Origin: Takakia lepidozioides
Lineage: Eukaryota; Plantae; Bryophyta
Assembly (NCBI GenBank): GCA_030704615.1
Contig: CM060733.1
Span: 32,240,001 to 32,304,000, forward strand
Direction of reading: 5' to 3'
DNA: 64,000 nucleotides
Positions 48,348 to 61,549 of the stretch are shown piece after piece (position 1 is the first letter of the stretch; the number at the start of each line of letters is the position of its first letter). The notes beneath the pieces are model-generated. The model did no database searches and had not been told where the DNA came from. It was given only the letters and a program-made list of their open reading frames with translations. A program made the position numbers and the translations under genes.

Positions 48348-50931
48348 TTTGGATCGAATCCAACTAGTATCTTGCCGTGGAAGCGCCAACGGGAGATCCT
48401 GCACGGACCCATGGGTAAATTAGCCTCGCTGGTTTGGAGAGGAAATCACCATGTAACGATGGTACTACTGGCGCCCATGCTGTGAAATTAAAGCATCAGA
48501 CAAGTTGGACAGTAGCTGAATGCGTTCAAGCTGATACTGTAAGTATGCTGATGCATGCATAGTCTGTGAGATCAAATTGCACTCAAGCTGAATTCGTAAG
48601 TTCACATGACCTGAGCTGGCGCACAAATGAGAATGCACAACACTACAATTTTGGTACTTAGCACTAACAGATCCCTATGGTTCACAGGCCTGCAGCCTGG
48701 CTTAAGCGTTCGGGACGTCCGTCAGCTCAAGGCAATTCTGAGAGAGAGGACCGGGGGAGGCGGGGGTAGATACCAGTTGACAAGAATCCCAGGGTCTATC
48801 TATCGCCTCCAAAACTACCCAATGAACTGCCACACTGCAGAAGAAACACAGATCTAGCGCTCTTTTCAGCTAGGTCTACCTTCAAAGAGATCTTCTACAT
48901 GATGCAATTCCAATGAGCCGGAGAATGTTCAGATCCCAATGACTTTAACTGGACGGGCTAACGAAATAGCCTGCAGCTGAAAACAGGATACTATGTACTG
49001 CGAAGGCTCCTTTCTGGACAACTATTCTGCAAACTCACTGGACCCCTGGGACGGGCCTGGGACGAGCACATCCACAGACCCAGACCCGCAGGGTAAATGA
49101 CTTAACAGCATGCGGGAAATAGTAAGACAAAATTAGTAGCATAATGGAGGGCGCGTAGGGACGCATAGCATGAGAGCTCATCTCTAGAGATATACCCGGT
49201 TAGTTACTACTGATAAAGGTCTTCCCTTTGAACAGAGATCCCGACTCTCCCACGACACTGACTTCTACCTTGTCACACGAAAACTTTAAAATGTTTCTAC
49301 AGATTCAAGGACATCTGTCAAGACTTGAACTTCTGTATGTACTCACGCACAGAGAGACAAGAGAGCAGCTTTCCATTTTACCTGGGAGAGGCAAATGATA
49401 CTGAAACGACAGACCGATCTTTAGCAAATGACATGTATGGAATAGACGTTGGCGGGTAGAAATCCTGAGAGAGAGAGAGAAAGAAAACCAAGTCCCACGG
49501 GGCCCATGGGACACAGTCGTACCACAGAATAGACTCAGTCTCACGAGCGAGAGACAGAGTCTAGACTATCTACTGCTACCCCAGAGATCGGCTGTATAAC
49601 CGAGAGATCCGAGGCATCTACATATAGAGAAACGAAGCCCAGGCAAGACGACGATGCAGGGCAGGTGGGCCCTGCGCTCTGTTCTCTATACCGACCCCCG
49701 ACCTTTTGACAGCCGACCTCTTTCCCCACTTCTCTACCGCCATTTGTTCATCCACCGCAGCCTAACTGTCGGTACTGTAGATGAACGTCTACCCCAGTTC
49801 CTCATCCCTCGTAGCTTGACGGTGCTGCTGTGGATGAACGTTTACCACCCACCGACCCTAAAATCTGCTGGGGCCAGAAGAATAGATATACTTGGCCCCC
49901 TTCGATGGGCATCTGAAATATATATATGGGGGACCCACCTTCCAATTATCCCAGACAGCACCCCCACTAACGGTGGGTGCAAAATTCCAAACTTCACCTT
50001 CATGGATGAGAGGGTATCCAGGATGGAATTCATGGATGAGAAAATGCTGAGTTTTAGACGAATACTGGAGGCTTCTGATGCAAAACTCGTAAGTACTCCC
50101 GGTTATGAAAAGTGAATGGATATGCTCCTCAGAGATGAACAAATGAGATCATCCATCCATGACGAAGCCTGGGGCATGCTACACGTCGTGGGCTCCCAGC
50201 AAATACTCCCATGGTCAGCAAATGGCAGAGCGACATGTCATCAAAAGCAAAGTTCCTGCGATTGGTTGTAGCTCGTCTGTTCTGAATGAATGAGAGTGTG
50301 CCACATCAGCAGAAACTCTGCATCTTACTGTTGTTAGCGTCACTCGTCATGCGGAAAAAAATTTGATACCAGCCTGTTCCAAGAATTTCAACAAGAAAGT
50401 AAATTAGATGTGCTAGACGGCTGTAAATATCAGCTGAAATATCAATACCTAGGCAAAATCATATGTTTTCCACATATGATATCGGATCCGGCAATTTTGT
50501 GATATCCTTCACAAAGACAAACATACAATGTATTCCCTAAGTCTATTACTAATGGATATACTTTGCAAACAATATACATGATAGCTACTTGATGTGCTTG
50601 AATTTGAGTCTATGTAACAAAAAGTGGGGACAACTTCCCATGTCTGCCGCTAACAACTATTAATTCATTTTTGGCTCATGGCTGCATAAATTCAAACAAA
50701 GAGTTACAGAAAATCCATATTGGAATCATCCATCCACATGGACGAATAATTGGAAAATCATCCAAATTGCACCCTAATTCCATGCGTTTATGTGCGAAGG
50801 CAACCCAGAACAGTTGTAGGATTTTCCTGATGGAGCAATTTAGAAAGGGACGGTTTTAGGGTATGCTACTTTATGAATGGGGCTCGGACCGTCAACAAAA
50901 TCGGCAGGTATCTATGTATCTATGTATCTAC

Positions 50932-51465
50932 CAGTGTTGGACTGGTACACCGATAAGAAACTAGTATCAATACTGTTATGTATACTGGTATGAAGTAGTC
51001 TGGTATCAACTCAGGCCACTACCTAGCATATACCCGTATTGGCCTGGTATCTGCTTCCTAATACTGTGGACGATACCCTACCAGTCGGTAGGTGGTTGAA
51101 AATTTGGTACCTGATACCAGTACCATATCCATATTTGTGAGAAAAACCTAGGTATCAATACTTTGAGGAACTTGAGGAATACTTTGAGGAATAAAATCAA
51201 TGAGAAGCATGCTTGTACACATTTATATGAGAAGTGGGCCTTTCAATATTTAACATATCATGAGTTTTTTACCATCGATTTCTAAAAACTCTTACTATTG
51301 ATACCCGTAAAACACCACACCAATCAGGTATTATTGATACCACCATGGTATCCAAATCTCAGATTTTTGCCCAATACCAGTACCTCCCTGGTATCACAAT
51401 TGGCCGGAGGCCTATATACCAGTACTAGCCTGGTGTGTTCGAAATACGATACCAATCCAACATTG
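50932..51465. mobile_element. hAT-family MITE (related to 7967-8525)
   Basis: TIRs cagtgttggactggta / taccaatccaacattg; perfect 8-bp TSD gtatctac (50924-50931, 51466-51473); GGTAT/ATACC motifs. Confidence 0.85.
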
Positions 51466-51743
51466 GTATCTACCACTTTATATCTATCATGCTTCACATC
51501 CATTTTTGTGCAATTCCAACCCTGTTAAGATCTGGGTGGGCCTTTTTTGCACCAAACGCAGAGGTTTCTCAGGCCGAAGATCAGGCTGTGGCCTCGCCAC
51601 TCCATCACCATTATGCATGCAGAATAGCTCCCGGATCACAAACTCGCCATTTTGTACTATGGAACGGCCAAGGCCGGGCCATTCTGCCCCCTGAGCTGCC
51701 TGGCCGTGAATTTTGGCGAGGCCGGGAACTGCCCGAAACAGCC

Positions 51744-51845
51744 AACTACTCGTGCATTCTGCGACCTACTCGGGCATTCTATGACCTACTCGGGCCATTC
51801 TGCTACCCACTCGAGAATTCTGCTACCTACTCGAATATTCTGCCA
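51744..51845. repeat. ~20-bp imperfect tandem repeat, ~5 units (acctactcgggcattctgc-like)
   Basis: Seen directly in the sequence. Confidence 0.75.
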
Positions 51846-53008
51846 TTTAACGGAGGGGCAAAAATGGCAGAAAAACCACCTCCTAACCATAACGTATGCA
51901 GAATGGCTTCCAGAAAAGAGAACCGCAGAAAATGCCACCCCAAACCCCTAAACGCCTACAGTTTTTTTTGCTAAATCTGAACCTCAGGCCACCTTTTTTT
52001 TTATAACTAAGTATTTGCTCAGACCTAAATAAGTTCACCGTACAACCATGATGTAAGCTACATCCCCTGCCTTTCCCCAGTGTCTAATGACATTTGGCCG
52101 CAGGAATTGGAATCTTATATGTTTTTTGTGAGCATGAAAAGTTGATGTAACCTCTGCAGAGTACAAAAAAATTATACAAATATTATTGAAATTCCTAAAT
52201 GGCTCGTCCAATTGAGTTGAAATTTTATGTGGACATGTCTCATGATGTTGGCCACCTTCTCCTAAAATCTCAGAGTTTTTGGACAAGATCTGGTTATACC
52301 TGCTTTGTAGTGATCCGGAGGGGGGTCCACAAAGTGTATTTTTTGTATGTTGCACCTTTTTTTATTTTGGGGAAAACATGGGTATGTTTTTTGGAAAACG
52401 GAACGGTCCCAAGTCCCAACGTCCTCCTAAATCAAGTTGGGAAGGTACTCCTGAATGTTTTATTGGAAAATCCTCTCAGATTTGGATTTCCTTTGCCAAG
52501 ACTCCACCACGAAGCAATATTACAGCCAGATGTGCATGTGGGAATAGCTTGAAGTGTATTCTGATTGCCAAGTAATTATTTATGTGGATCAGCTGGTCTG
52601 CAATAAGATGCTTCAATTATAAGAAGCCACTCCAGGTTCATATTTGTGGTTGCAAACTAGCTTTCAAGTCAGTGATTTAGCATACTCATCAACCATGGCA
52701 ACAATAAGACAACAATTGGCTATTTATTTCACAGTGAATGAATATTCTGCACAACTAGCCACATCCATTGTGTTGAGGGTGATAACAGATAAAGATCTAC
52801 ATGTGGAATGTAGCATCCCTAACATGCTAGATTCTAACATGTGATCTACAAAAAATGAAGATCGTATGACATGTAAATTGGTGTAAGAAAATAAGACATT
52901 CTTCGATCAGTTTTTTCTAATTCTTCCTCGCCTTATAGTGTGAAACTAAGACTTGCAAAACTGAAGCACATACCATTATAACTACTTACTCATCTCATCA
53001 TCTACTTA

Positions 53009-54403
53009 AGGTCAGTTCACACCTGTGGTTAGTCGTGTTGATAACCCGACTATTATCTACCTCCGTTCACACATACAGGCATTTATCTGTAGTTTGGTGA
53101 TGTGGATCGAGCTATCACCACGCCTATCACCATGTGATAGCAGAGGCGGGAGAAGTTAAACAGGTCATTAAAAATCTATGCAAATCGTAGATTCCCGTAA
53201 ATTTGAGCCCTTAGCAACGGTGGTAAAGTATCAACTTGCAAACTAGTGTGGTAAACTAGTGGTGTGAGCAGTATCCTGTCGCTAGCCTTGAGCAGTCTCC
53301 TCTCGCAAGCAGTGCTCTTTCGCAATAGAATTTTGTACTTTCAAAGCATTTCAGTTACTATGGCTTCAAATTCTGAGAGTTCATAGGCAACATAAAGCTT
53401 TGAAGTCCGGGGTTGTGATCAGAGTGGAGGTCGAGGGGTTGGGGGAAGAGGCCGGGGTGGCAGTAGAGGAGGGCGCAATGGAGAAGAACCTGCAATTCCA
53501 TGGCAGAGACACCAACTGGGAGAATAGTGAAATCCTAGCTCTCATTGCATGCAAGCATGCAGAACATGTAGCATAGAGAGAGGTCATTGATCCAAGAGCG
53601 CATATGATCCCTGCTGCGCAGTGATGGGAGAAAATTGCTGAAGAATTGCAAAAGAAGACCAAAATGAGATTCCCCAGAAATGGTAAGATGGCCAAGAACA
53701 AATGGAACGCACTCAACTCCGATTATAAAAAGATTGTTGACTATCACAAAAGGTTGGGTAATCATACAGCAGCTTCTGGGATCTATCGTCTGAAGAAAAG
53801 GAGAGGTTCTACTTGCCTCGTCAATACAATAGAGAGTATTATGGTTTGATTGAAGCATTTCAAGGGGAGAAGATTATTAATGCTCCCTTGCATATCAAAG
53901 ATATAAATGCTGACGGAGATGGGTTACAAAGGTCCTACGCAAGAAACACATGACGAGAATAAGGATCTACGATCTGAGAACAATCGAGTTAGGACTTGAA
54001 AGCAAACTCTGTATTCTGATGTGCAAAGACTGCGCCTAGATTACAAGCTAAAAAAATTGTGCAAGGAGGATGATTTTCAATGGCCGCATGATGCTACCGT
54101 GTTGTAAAACGAGCGACGTATATGTAGAACAAAGGTAGAAATGATCAGGCGAACGATCACCTACTGTAGAACTCGCGTAGAAACATCTCTTATCACACAA
54201 ATTGCAAAGGTGATTTCATAAACAAATGTAGCTGAGTGATAACTGTTGTCAATAAATCAGGTTAACTTAACCCCATGTGTGAACAGAGATAAGGTGTCGA
54301 TAAAGTCGGGTTACCAATCATTGGTAAAGGGTCCAAAATATGGCTCTATCAACGTGGTAGGGCATATTGACGGGATAACATAACTCTAGGTGTGAACTGA
54401 CCT
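53009..54403 (+). mobile_element. Non-autonomous PIF/Harbinger element with only a decayed Myb/SANT (trihelix-like) ORF
   Basis: TIRs aggtcagttcacacct / aggtgtgaactgacct; TTA TSD (53006-53008, 54404-54406). The plus-strand frame reads NWENSEILALI..WEKIAEEL..RNGKMAKNKWNALNSDYKKI, with stops. Confidence 0.85.
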
Positions 54404-55429
54404 TTACTATCACTACTAACACTCCACAATAACTTCATGCAACAACAAAGAAATTACATACATAATTGATAATTCAAAGCTTCACATGTATTGATGCAAA
54501 CAAAGTTATGTCCAATCTGTAGTGATACTGCAGAACTCATAGCCTAAACCGACTATGGATTCATAATTCTGAGCCATAGTCATATCTGGTCATAAAATCC
54601 ACAAAGAAACTTAGCAAAGAAGCCTCATGGCTTGCAATACAGTTTTAGGTTCCAGCCAAAATATGTGCTACGCATGAGACTTATGTGCCTTCAGAAAACA
54701 CTTGCCCATATGCATGTAACTTTGCCACAAGCCCCACAAAAAGTGTGACATCTTTTCTTACAAATATAGCACACCCTTCGCGTTGGGCCCCTCTAACATT
54801 GATGGACAGGTATGAAAATGGATCATGACTTCATAGATCTGGCTCTCGAAGGACGAGTCAAGCACTCAGCCATCTGCAAATTGAATTGCAAGTGAGTTAG
54901 TGGTTTCTTTCCATTTTTGAAACATCAAGCTTTGTACAAAATCCACATGTTCACCAAGCCAGTATCAAGGAAGAACATGAGCAGCAATGCCAATATTTGT
55001 GGCTCTTCGTATGAATGGAATAAGCACCCCTGAGTTGGTCATGCACGTTCGTGAAATCCTGATATTGTTTGTGAACCGGAGAGGTCGGAACTTGAACTCT
55101 TTGCCTCCCATTCCACCGGTGCACAATGACAGGAGAGGAATCAGTGGCAATGGGATTAGCAGCAGTGGATAGAAGGAGGACACCCTGGTTATCCCTCCAA
55201 AGTACATCAGTCATATGGTTAGAACGGTGCATTTTCCAAACCAAGTCACCCCGAACTCCTTTCTTATGGCCCAATAGAGAACTTGGCAAACCCGCCCTAT
55301 TGGGCCTGACAGCACCAGTTCCATAAGTTCCATTCTTGAACAAATCATGGAAAATGGTAGGGCTGGTGAAGAAATTATCCATGACAATGACATGGCCCCG
55401 AAAGTGAAATGCAGAAGACAGGTTCATGA

Positions 55430-55922
55430 CGAGGAATGCTAATTTGTAAGTTTGCTCATGAGCTCACGTGAGCCTGTGAGCCTGGGAAGGGGGCCCATAA
55501 TCGCGGATATTTCACCTATTTCCGGGCATTTCCGTGCCAATATTTATCCCACAATTGAATGAACGCATCGGGCACAGCAGCTTGTCAAGCGAAAAAAAAA
55601 ATGTAATCAGAAAAATGAATTTCACTGACGAAACCCAAGTTTGTGCTAATGTGAGTTCAATTTTGGACAAGAGATTGGAAAAACAAAAAAAAACAAAAAA
55701 CAAATTTTGCTGACGAAACCCAAGTTTGTGGTTACGTGAGTTCAACTTTGGACACTCCATTGCCTCTTATGTGGGTGTTGACGCCCACATAATTCAAGGA
55801 CCTCTGTAAGTCTTCTAAAGACACAATAAAGCAAAAAAAATTTAAGAGACAATGTGAGGACTTATGGGGTGTTGACGCCCTCATAATTCATGGACATCCC
55901 GCAAGTCCTCCAATGACCCAGG

Positions 55923-55967
<45 letters not shown>

Positions 55968-56334
55968 CCAATTTTTCAAAAAAATAATTTTATATAAAAT
56001 GTGAGGACTTATATGGGTGTTGACACCCACGTAATTCGTGGACCTCCCGCAAGTCCTCCAATGACACAATAAAAAACAAAAATTTCAGATTATTTCGGAA
56101 AAAAAAACAAAAACATACTGCAAAAACATATTCCAACATACTGCTTTGTGAGATCTGGGAATTATGTGGTCATCAACGCCCACATAAGTCCTCACACCTG
56201 ATTATAGGCAGATAATGAATGCAGGCCCCCTTTCTAATACCGCACTACTCTGTGCTAACGACCACTAAGCGTGACGCCCAAGCTCACGCTTAGTGGGTCA
56301 AACGTGAGCCTAGGCTCATGGTGTAGCTTCCCTG
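55430..56334. mobile_element. hAT-like non-autonomous insertion inside the piggyBac ORF
   Basis: 8-bp TSD gttcatga (55422-55429, 56335-56342); imperfect TIRs cgaggaatgcta / tagcttccctg. Removing it restores GYEVVMNLSSAFHFRGHVIVMDNFFTS. Contains internal direct repeats and a poly-A run. Confidence 0.8.
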
Positions 56335-57211
56335 GTTCATGACCACTTCATAGCCCTGTCATGGACCAGAATTGTTTTTCTTAGCATCAGGACCCACTGC
56401 ACCAAAAGAACCCAAGTATACATCAAAATTATAAACATATTTAGTGCTGCTAGCAGCCATGCTCCATGTTTTTATCCCCCACTAATTCACCATTTGTTCT
56501 TCATATACTATCGAAATGAGCAATACTGACCAGAGTACTGGATCATCATTTCATCAACCATCAAAAATTTGGAGAGGTTGTACAAACTCTGAGATCTCTC
56601 CACAAAGTCTTGCACAGCCCATCTATACTTGCCAAGCTTGCGTAGGTGGGGTCAGACTTGTCGGTGACCAATGTGGCATTATCAACCAAGTGAATGCAAG
56701 AGAGAATATTTAGAAACCTATCCCTGTGTATAATTGACTTAATGACATCACATCCCAGTAATGCATAACATGACAAATTCTAAACCCAGGGAAACACGGG
56801 AAACCCTAACCACAAACACTGATCCCACAACCCAAACTCCAATGCTTGCTCCAATAATTAAGCAGGTTAGGCATTTTTTTAATTCCCATAGAAATGAGAA
56901 TACCAAAGAATGTCTTCACCTCAAAAGTAGTCAATGGCACCCACCTTGGAGCACCACGAGTCCTGCATGTGGCCTTATCCACACAAATCTTGCATACTAG
57001 TTTGTTTGCAAACAAACCCTAATCAGATTTTGTTGGGGAAGAATAGATCAAACCATGTGTCCATTGTACTTGTAAATCCAGATGGCTGAATGAACCCAAG
57101 CGTAGGGCCATCAAATTATTTCCTATCACTTGTCAGATGACATTGGGTTGATTGCCAATTACTGTCTTTGTACAAATCCCTGAACGCCTCATCTCCCATG
57201 AGTTGAGACTC

Positions 57212-57457
57212 TTTCAACATGTCAACACTCTGACTATCGCCATACAATCCCAACTCACCTATGGGATCGTCATCTGAGAAACCATCCAACTCCCAATCCC
57301 CTTCACTAACAGAGTCGTCAACATATGAACGCCTCATCCTTTCAACATGTCAACAATCAGACTATCGCCATACAATCCCAACTCCCCCATGGGATCATCA
57401 TCTGAGAAACCATCCAACTCCCAATCCCCTTCACTAGCAGAGTCGTCAACATATGAA
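57212..57457 (-). repeat. ~128-bp tandem duplication in the acidic N-terminus of the piggyBac ORF
   Basis: SYVDDS(V/A)SEGDWELDGFSDDDP(I/M)GELGLYGDS..VDMLK is encoded twice (ORFs 57116..57337 and 57334..57774). Confidence 0.9.
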
Positions 57458-58849
57458 TGCTCGTCCTCCCCATCCCAATCACTATCATTATCTAAATCTG
57501 GAAGGAGGGCGCTTTCACCCAACAACTCAGTGACAAGATCACCCCGTGCATTCTTCGTTAATGTTTTTTGAAAGATGTCATTTGGTGTGTTGGAAATGCT
57601 GTCACTAGCACCCAAAACATCATAGTGACCAAGACCGACGTGGTGAACATCTTCTCCAAAATCACAGACAATCATATTTTCCTCTGTCTCCACGCGTATG
57701 TAATTTTCAGATGTGATGCCATAAATCCGATCATCTTGTGCAAAGTCTTCATTTTGCAAAGTCTGAGAAAACAATGACTTTGCAACCCTAAGAGGGCTGT
57801 CATGGTTTTAGTCATGGTTAACTAGAATTACCTACTTCTAGTTAATTAGGACATTTTGGATATTTATATTTGTATTTTGTGTGTTGGGACTTCATTTGGT
57901 CTCATATGTCAAGTGAGGTGTGTAGATGCATATATTGGTACACTTTTCTTTTCAGATCGTTTTTTATTATAAGACAAGCGGTTTCGGCATTGTACTGCCA
58001 AAACATGTTAGTTTGTTAGTTGTCTGGAAATCGTTGGTAAAGCACATAGGAAATTAGACAGTGTCTTGCGACGACCATGGAGTGGAACTCTAGCATCAAG
58101 ATGACCGTAGGAAGCTGCATCGACAGCAGATTAGGCTGCCAATTCGGTACCAAAAACAACAAATTAATCATGTTCGACAATACAGGACGACTGTTCCAGT
58201 CCCAGATTGCGATCTCTCTTTTCTCCTGCCTTTCAAGTCCAGTAGGAACACACGGAGGAGCTTGGCAATTGGTGGAAGCGACATGTACAGCGATGAAATA
58301 TCGCAACAAAGCAATTGGCCGCATCGGAATGACAGCAGGTCAGAACGACTTCAAACGGCGAAGCGTGGACTTGTTAGCGGTGCGGGACAATTGGAGGGGA
58401 CTCCGGAACCTATGACTCAGTGGCAGGGTCAAAGACCCCAGAGCCATCACCAGGAATTTGATTTCCAAAAATACCACAAAATATGTGTGTAGCGAAAATA
58501 CGACGAATGGCGAGAAGCGCAACATTTTACCACCGATGGAGCTGAGAATTTATAGGCTGATACAAGGTATATAATTGTAGTTTGTCACCAAGTTTAGTGA
58601 TTTATGGAGCTGATTAGCAGTGGGGCCAAATTATTGAGTCGACGGCACTCATATGGCCTATTATTTGCATTTCTACTTCTTGGATGGATGAAAAATCCTG
58701 GAATTCGCCTTGAGGAGCTGGATGGATGAAATGACCACTCGCGCCAATTGGTCATCCAATTGGATGGATGAAAAACCAGCTTTCATTTGCCTCTAAGACT
58801 TTTCATCCGTGTTGAATATTATATTATAGATCCTCCAAGGAAACAATAG

Positions 58850-61540
58850 TTTAATGAATATTTTCTATTAGTTTATTAGGCTCAAAAACAGTATAGAAGA
58901 AGGGCAACGCTTCTCTTGTTCTTCATCTAGTTCTTTCTCTTGCTAGGTTTCCTCTTGTTGTTGTTGTGTTTGTTAGTTTGAGGCTTGAGGAGGCTAGATC
59001 CTAGGGCGTGGAGCTTGAAGCTCCCTAGTTAGGTAGAATTCTTGTAAGCTAAGGCAAATGGCCTAGCTTGTGGGCCTTTGAGCCATTTCATTTGTGAAGG
59101 AGGAGGGCAATTTCATGTAGAGGGAAGTGACTTGAGGACGAGTAGGAGGGGCTGGTGTGGACTTATGGACGAGAACCCAAGTAGAGGCCGCATAAAGTAC
59201 CACTATTTGAGTCGATAGAGCATCCCAAGCACTCTCGCATAGAAAGGTTGATCCCATCTTACTATTTCACCATTTATGTATGTGATTCATTTTGCAAACA
59301 AAGCTTGAAGTTGAAAATCTGATTTAGGCTCTTCAAAAGAGGAGAGTGCATTGTGGAATCTCACTATTTCATGTCTAGAATTGACAAGGGGAAGAACCCC
59401 ATAGCCTATTGGAAGAGTACCAATAGAGGCTTGTATTTGAATTGTTTGAAGAATGAATTTTTGTGTTTGGTTACTACTTTGAAATATAGCTAGCTCTGAC
59501 AAAGGCAGGCCAGTAGGTTGGATCTATGATATAAGGCCACTATAAGGCCACTATGTGCTAATTTCACCCCCCACTAGCAAGCCATGGAGGCCTAGGGGAG
59601 GGTGGGTTGTATTTTTTTTGTCTTGGGGTTTGGACGGGCTAATTTTGTTTGACAGCAGCTACCCCAAGGTAGGAGCCCGGGTGCTGCGCCTAGAGAGTAG
59701 GCACTCGATTACTAAAAGTGTGGAGGCAGCCGTGGCCCAGCCACGACATACGGGGAGCGGGGCCCAGCGTTGACCTTACATCGGCCGCGTGGCTTGGCGT
59801 GGCCTTGAAGCGTGCGAGCAGAGGGCGGGTCTTTACCCGCAGGATAACCAAAAGCTGAGACGAACCGGCAGACGCCGGCGTTAACCGCAGCGGTCCACGG
59901 CTTGGACCGCTACGCGCGGATCTACGCCTCGCCCCGTGGCGGGGGCGTTTTACCCAGCGGACAATGCGTCTGCAAATTCCCTTAAAGGGAGGTATTCTTA
60001 CCTTTAGCTATTAGATTCAATTTATACCCTCTAAGGGTTATGAGCCCATTATCTAAGGCGCCAGTGGTAGATAAATCTAGGATTTGGGAGGACGTAGCCT
60101 TGGAGGGGAGCGTTTTTGTGACTCCAAGAGAGAGCCAAGCGGGCCTGTGAGCAGTGAGCTAGAGGCGAAGACCTCGAGAGACAAGGGAGGAGAGAAAGTA
60201 CTCTGTCCTAAAAACTCGGCTACAATGCGCCTTTTCAGAGCCCAAGGTAGAAAATGATTTTTTCGACGGAGGGAACGCGCACTAGCGCCTTAAAATAATG
60301 TAAAGGGGTGAAATCTGGCTTGGACCCACTAATGGTTATTCTATTATTTACGCATGCATGTTTTGGACTAACGAATGTAGTGGCAGGGATGAGCTCTCAG
60401 CGAGATTCATTCATCTGATATACCGCGGCAGTTCCCCGCGACAGGGAACGGTTTCCGGGTGTTCCTCGGTTCTCATTGGGTTCCCAAGGGCATCTTTAGG
60501 CGCCAAGGGTATCTTTGGATTCCCCACATGATTTCCCATAAGAGAGGTATTTTTTTTCTGATTTTCTTATTTTTTTTAATTTTCCAGTATTTCTGATTTG
60601 CGAAATTGCTTAAATAGGATAGATGCACGTGGTGTACGTTATAGCTTGAAGGGCGTTGATTAAACTGATTGAACTTATTGAGTTGAGGGGCTTAGAACCA
60701 CCTTATTGAACTTGGTGAACCTATTGGATTATGATATGTATTTTGGTCACTCCTTTGCTAAGACAATTTTAGGCATTGGGGTCAAAGCGTTGGCCCTTCC
60801 ATCATAGATGCACTCGGTGAATTGGGAGAGGAAGATTTTCCCTCTTCTTCCTAGGCTCGGCAAGTGCCTTGTGAATGGATTAAAACATGTCCTGGCTATA
60901 GGTGGGGCCTAGGCGGTAGGAATTAGACAATAAAACACAAAGACTTGGAAGGCAGTTACTGGATAGATTGTAGGATACCATAAGACTTAGAAACGCAAAC
61001 TCACCCTGTGAAGAGGAGTACGTGATTTCTCTTTGCCGGTAGGACTTAGATAGTGATCATAGCCACCATGTACAACCACGGACCCCCTACACTAACCGCA
61101 GTCGGGTAGGCGGTTCAGTGAGCCCAACCTACACCGCAACTTACCACGACCCCCCCTAGATTAATATGTCGTCACCCTAACCGCACACGCTTAGGGCTCG
61201 TCAAGGTGTCAAGCCTCACTTGGGACATGGGGAAGCGGTTTCTCCTTGTGAGTGTTGTGGAGGGCTCATCTTCTTGTAATGATAAGAGATGAGAAATGAG
61301 AAAAATGGAAGACAATGAAAATTCTCAAAGCATGAAACGATCACACTAAGAACAAGCTCTAGTCCTTCCAAGTGAAATCCACTCTATCACATAAACTAAG
61401 TCAAGCCAAGGGCACCTTTGCTAAATGAATCCACCCTACAAAGCCCTCAACACACTCCCTCTCAATACCTAGAGCGATGGAGGTGAGAGAAATTGAGGCA
61501 TAGCTTTTTAGGATTGTGTGCTTATAATGTGTGGTGGACA
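58850..61540. mobile_element. Probable non-coding LTR-retrotransposon (LTR/UTR) remnant
   Basis: CTAG-rich composition resembling ~2050-3460, with no coding motifs. No LTR pair, PBS or TSD confirmed. Confidence 0.3.
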
Positions 61541-61549
61541 GCGATGTAT

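Larger units (their letters stand above)
54668..57774 (-). pseudogene. piggyBac (DDE_Tnp_1_7) transposase relic, split by a hAT-like insertion
   Basis: WVPLTTFEVKTFFGILISMGIKKMPNLLNYWS; RDRFLNILSCIHLVDN; VDEMMIQYSG..YMKNK..WGIKTW..YVYNFDVYLG; GHVIVMDNFFTS..GTYGTGAVRPNR..WRDNQGVLLLST..DQLRGAY; C-terminal Cys-rich RRVCYIC..FCGAC..KCFLKAH. Stops and frameshifts present. Confidence 0.9.

Noticed and set aside
51435-51974. 179-aa plus-strand ORF
   Set aside because: It spans a MITE end and a tandem repeat and has no domain motif, so it is likely spurious.
55600-56200. Spaced direct repeats (tgggtgttgacgcccacataattc; ctgacgaaacccaagtttgtg) resembling a CRISPR array
   Set aside because: The context is eukaryotic, the units are irregular and the intervening sequences are also repeated. 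These are internal repeats of the hAT-like insertion.
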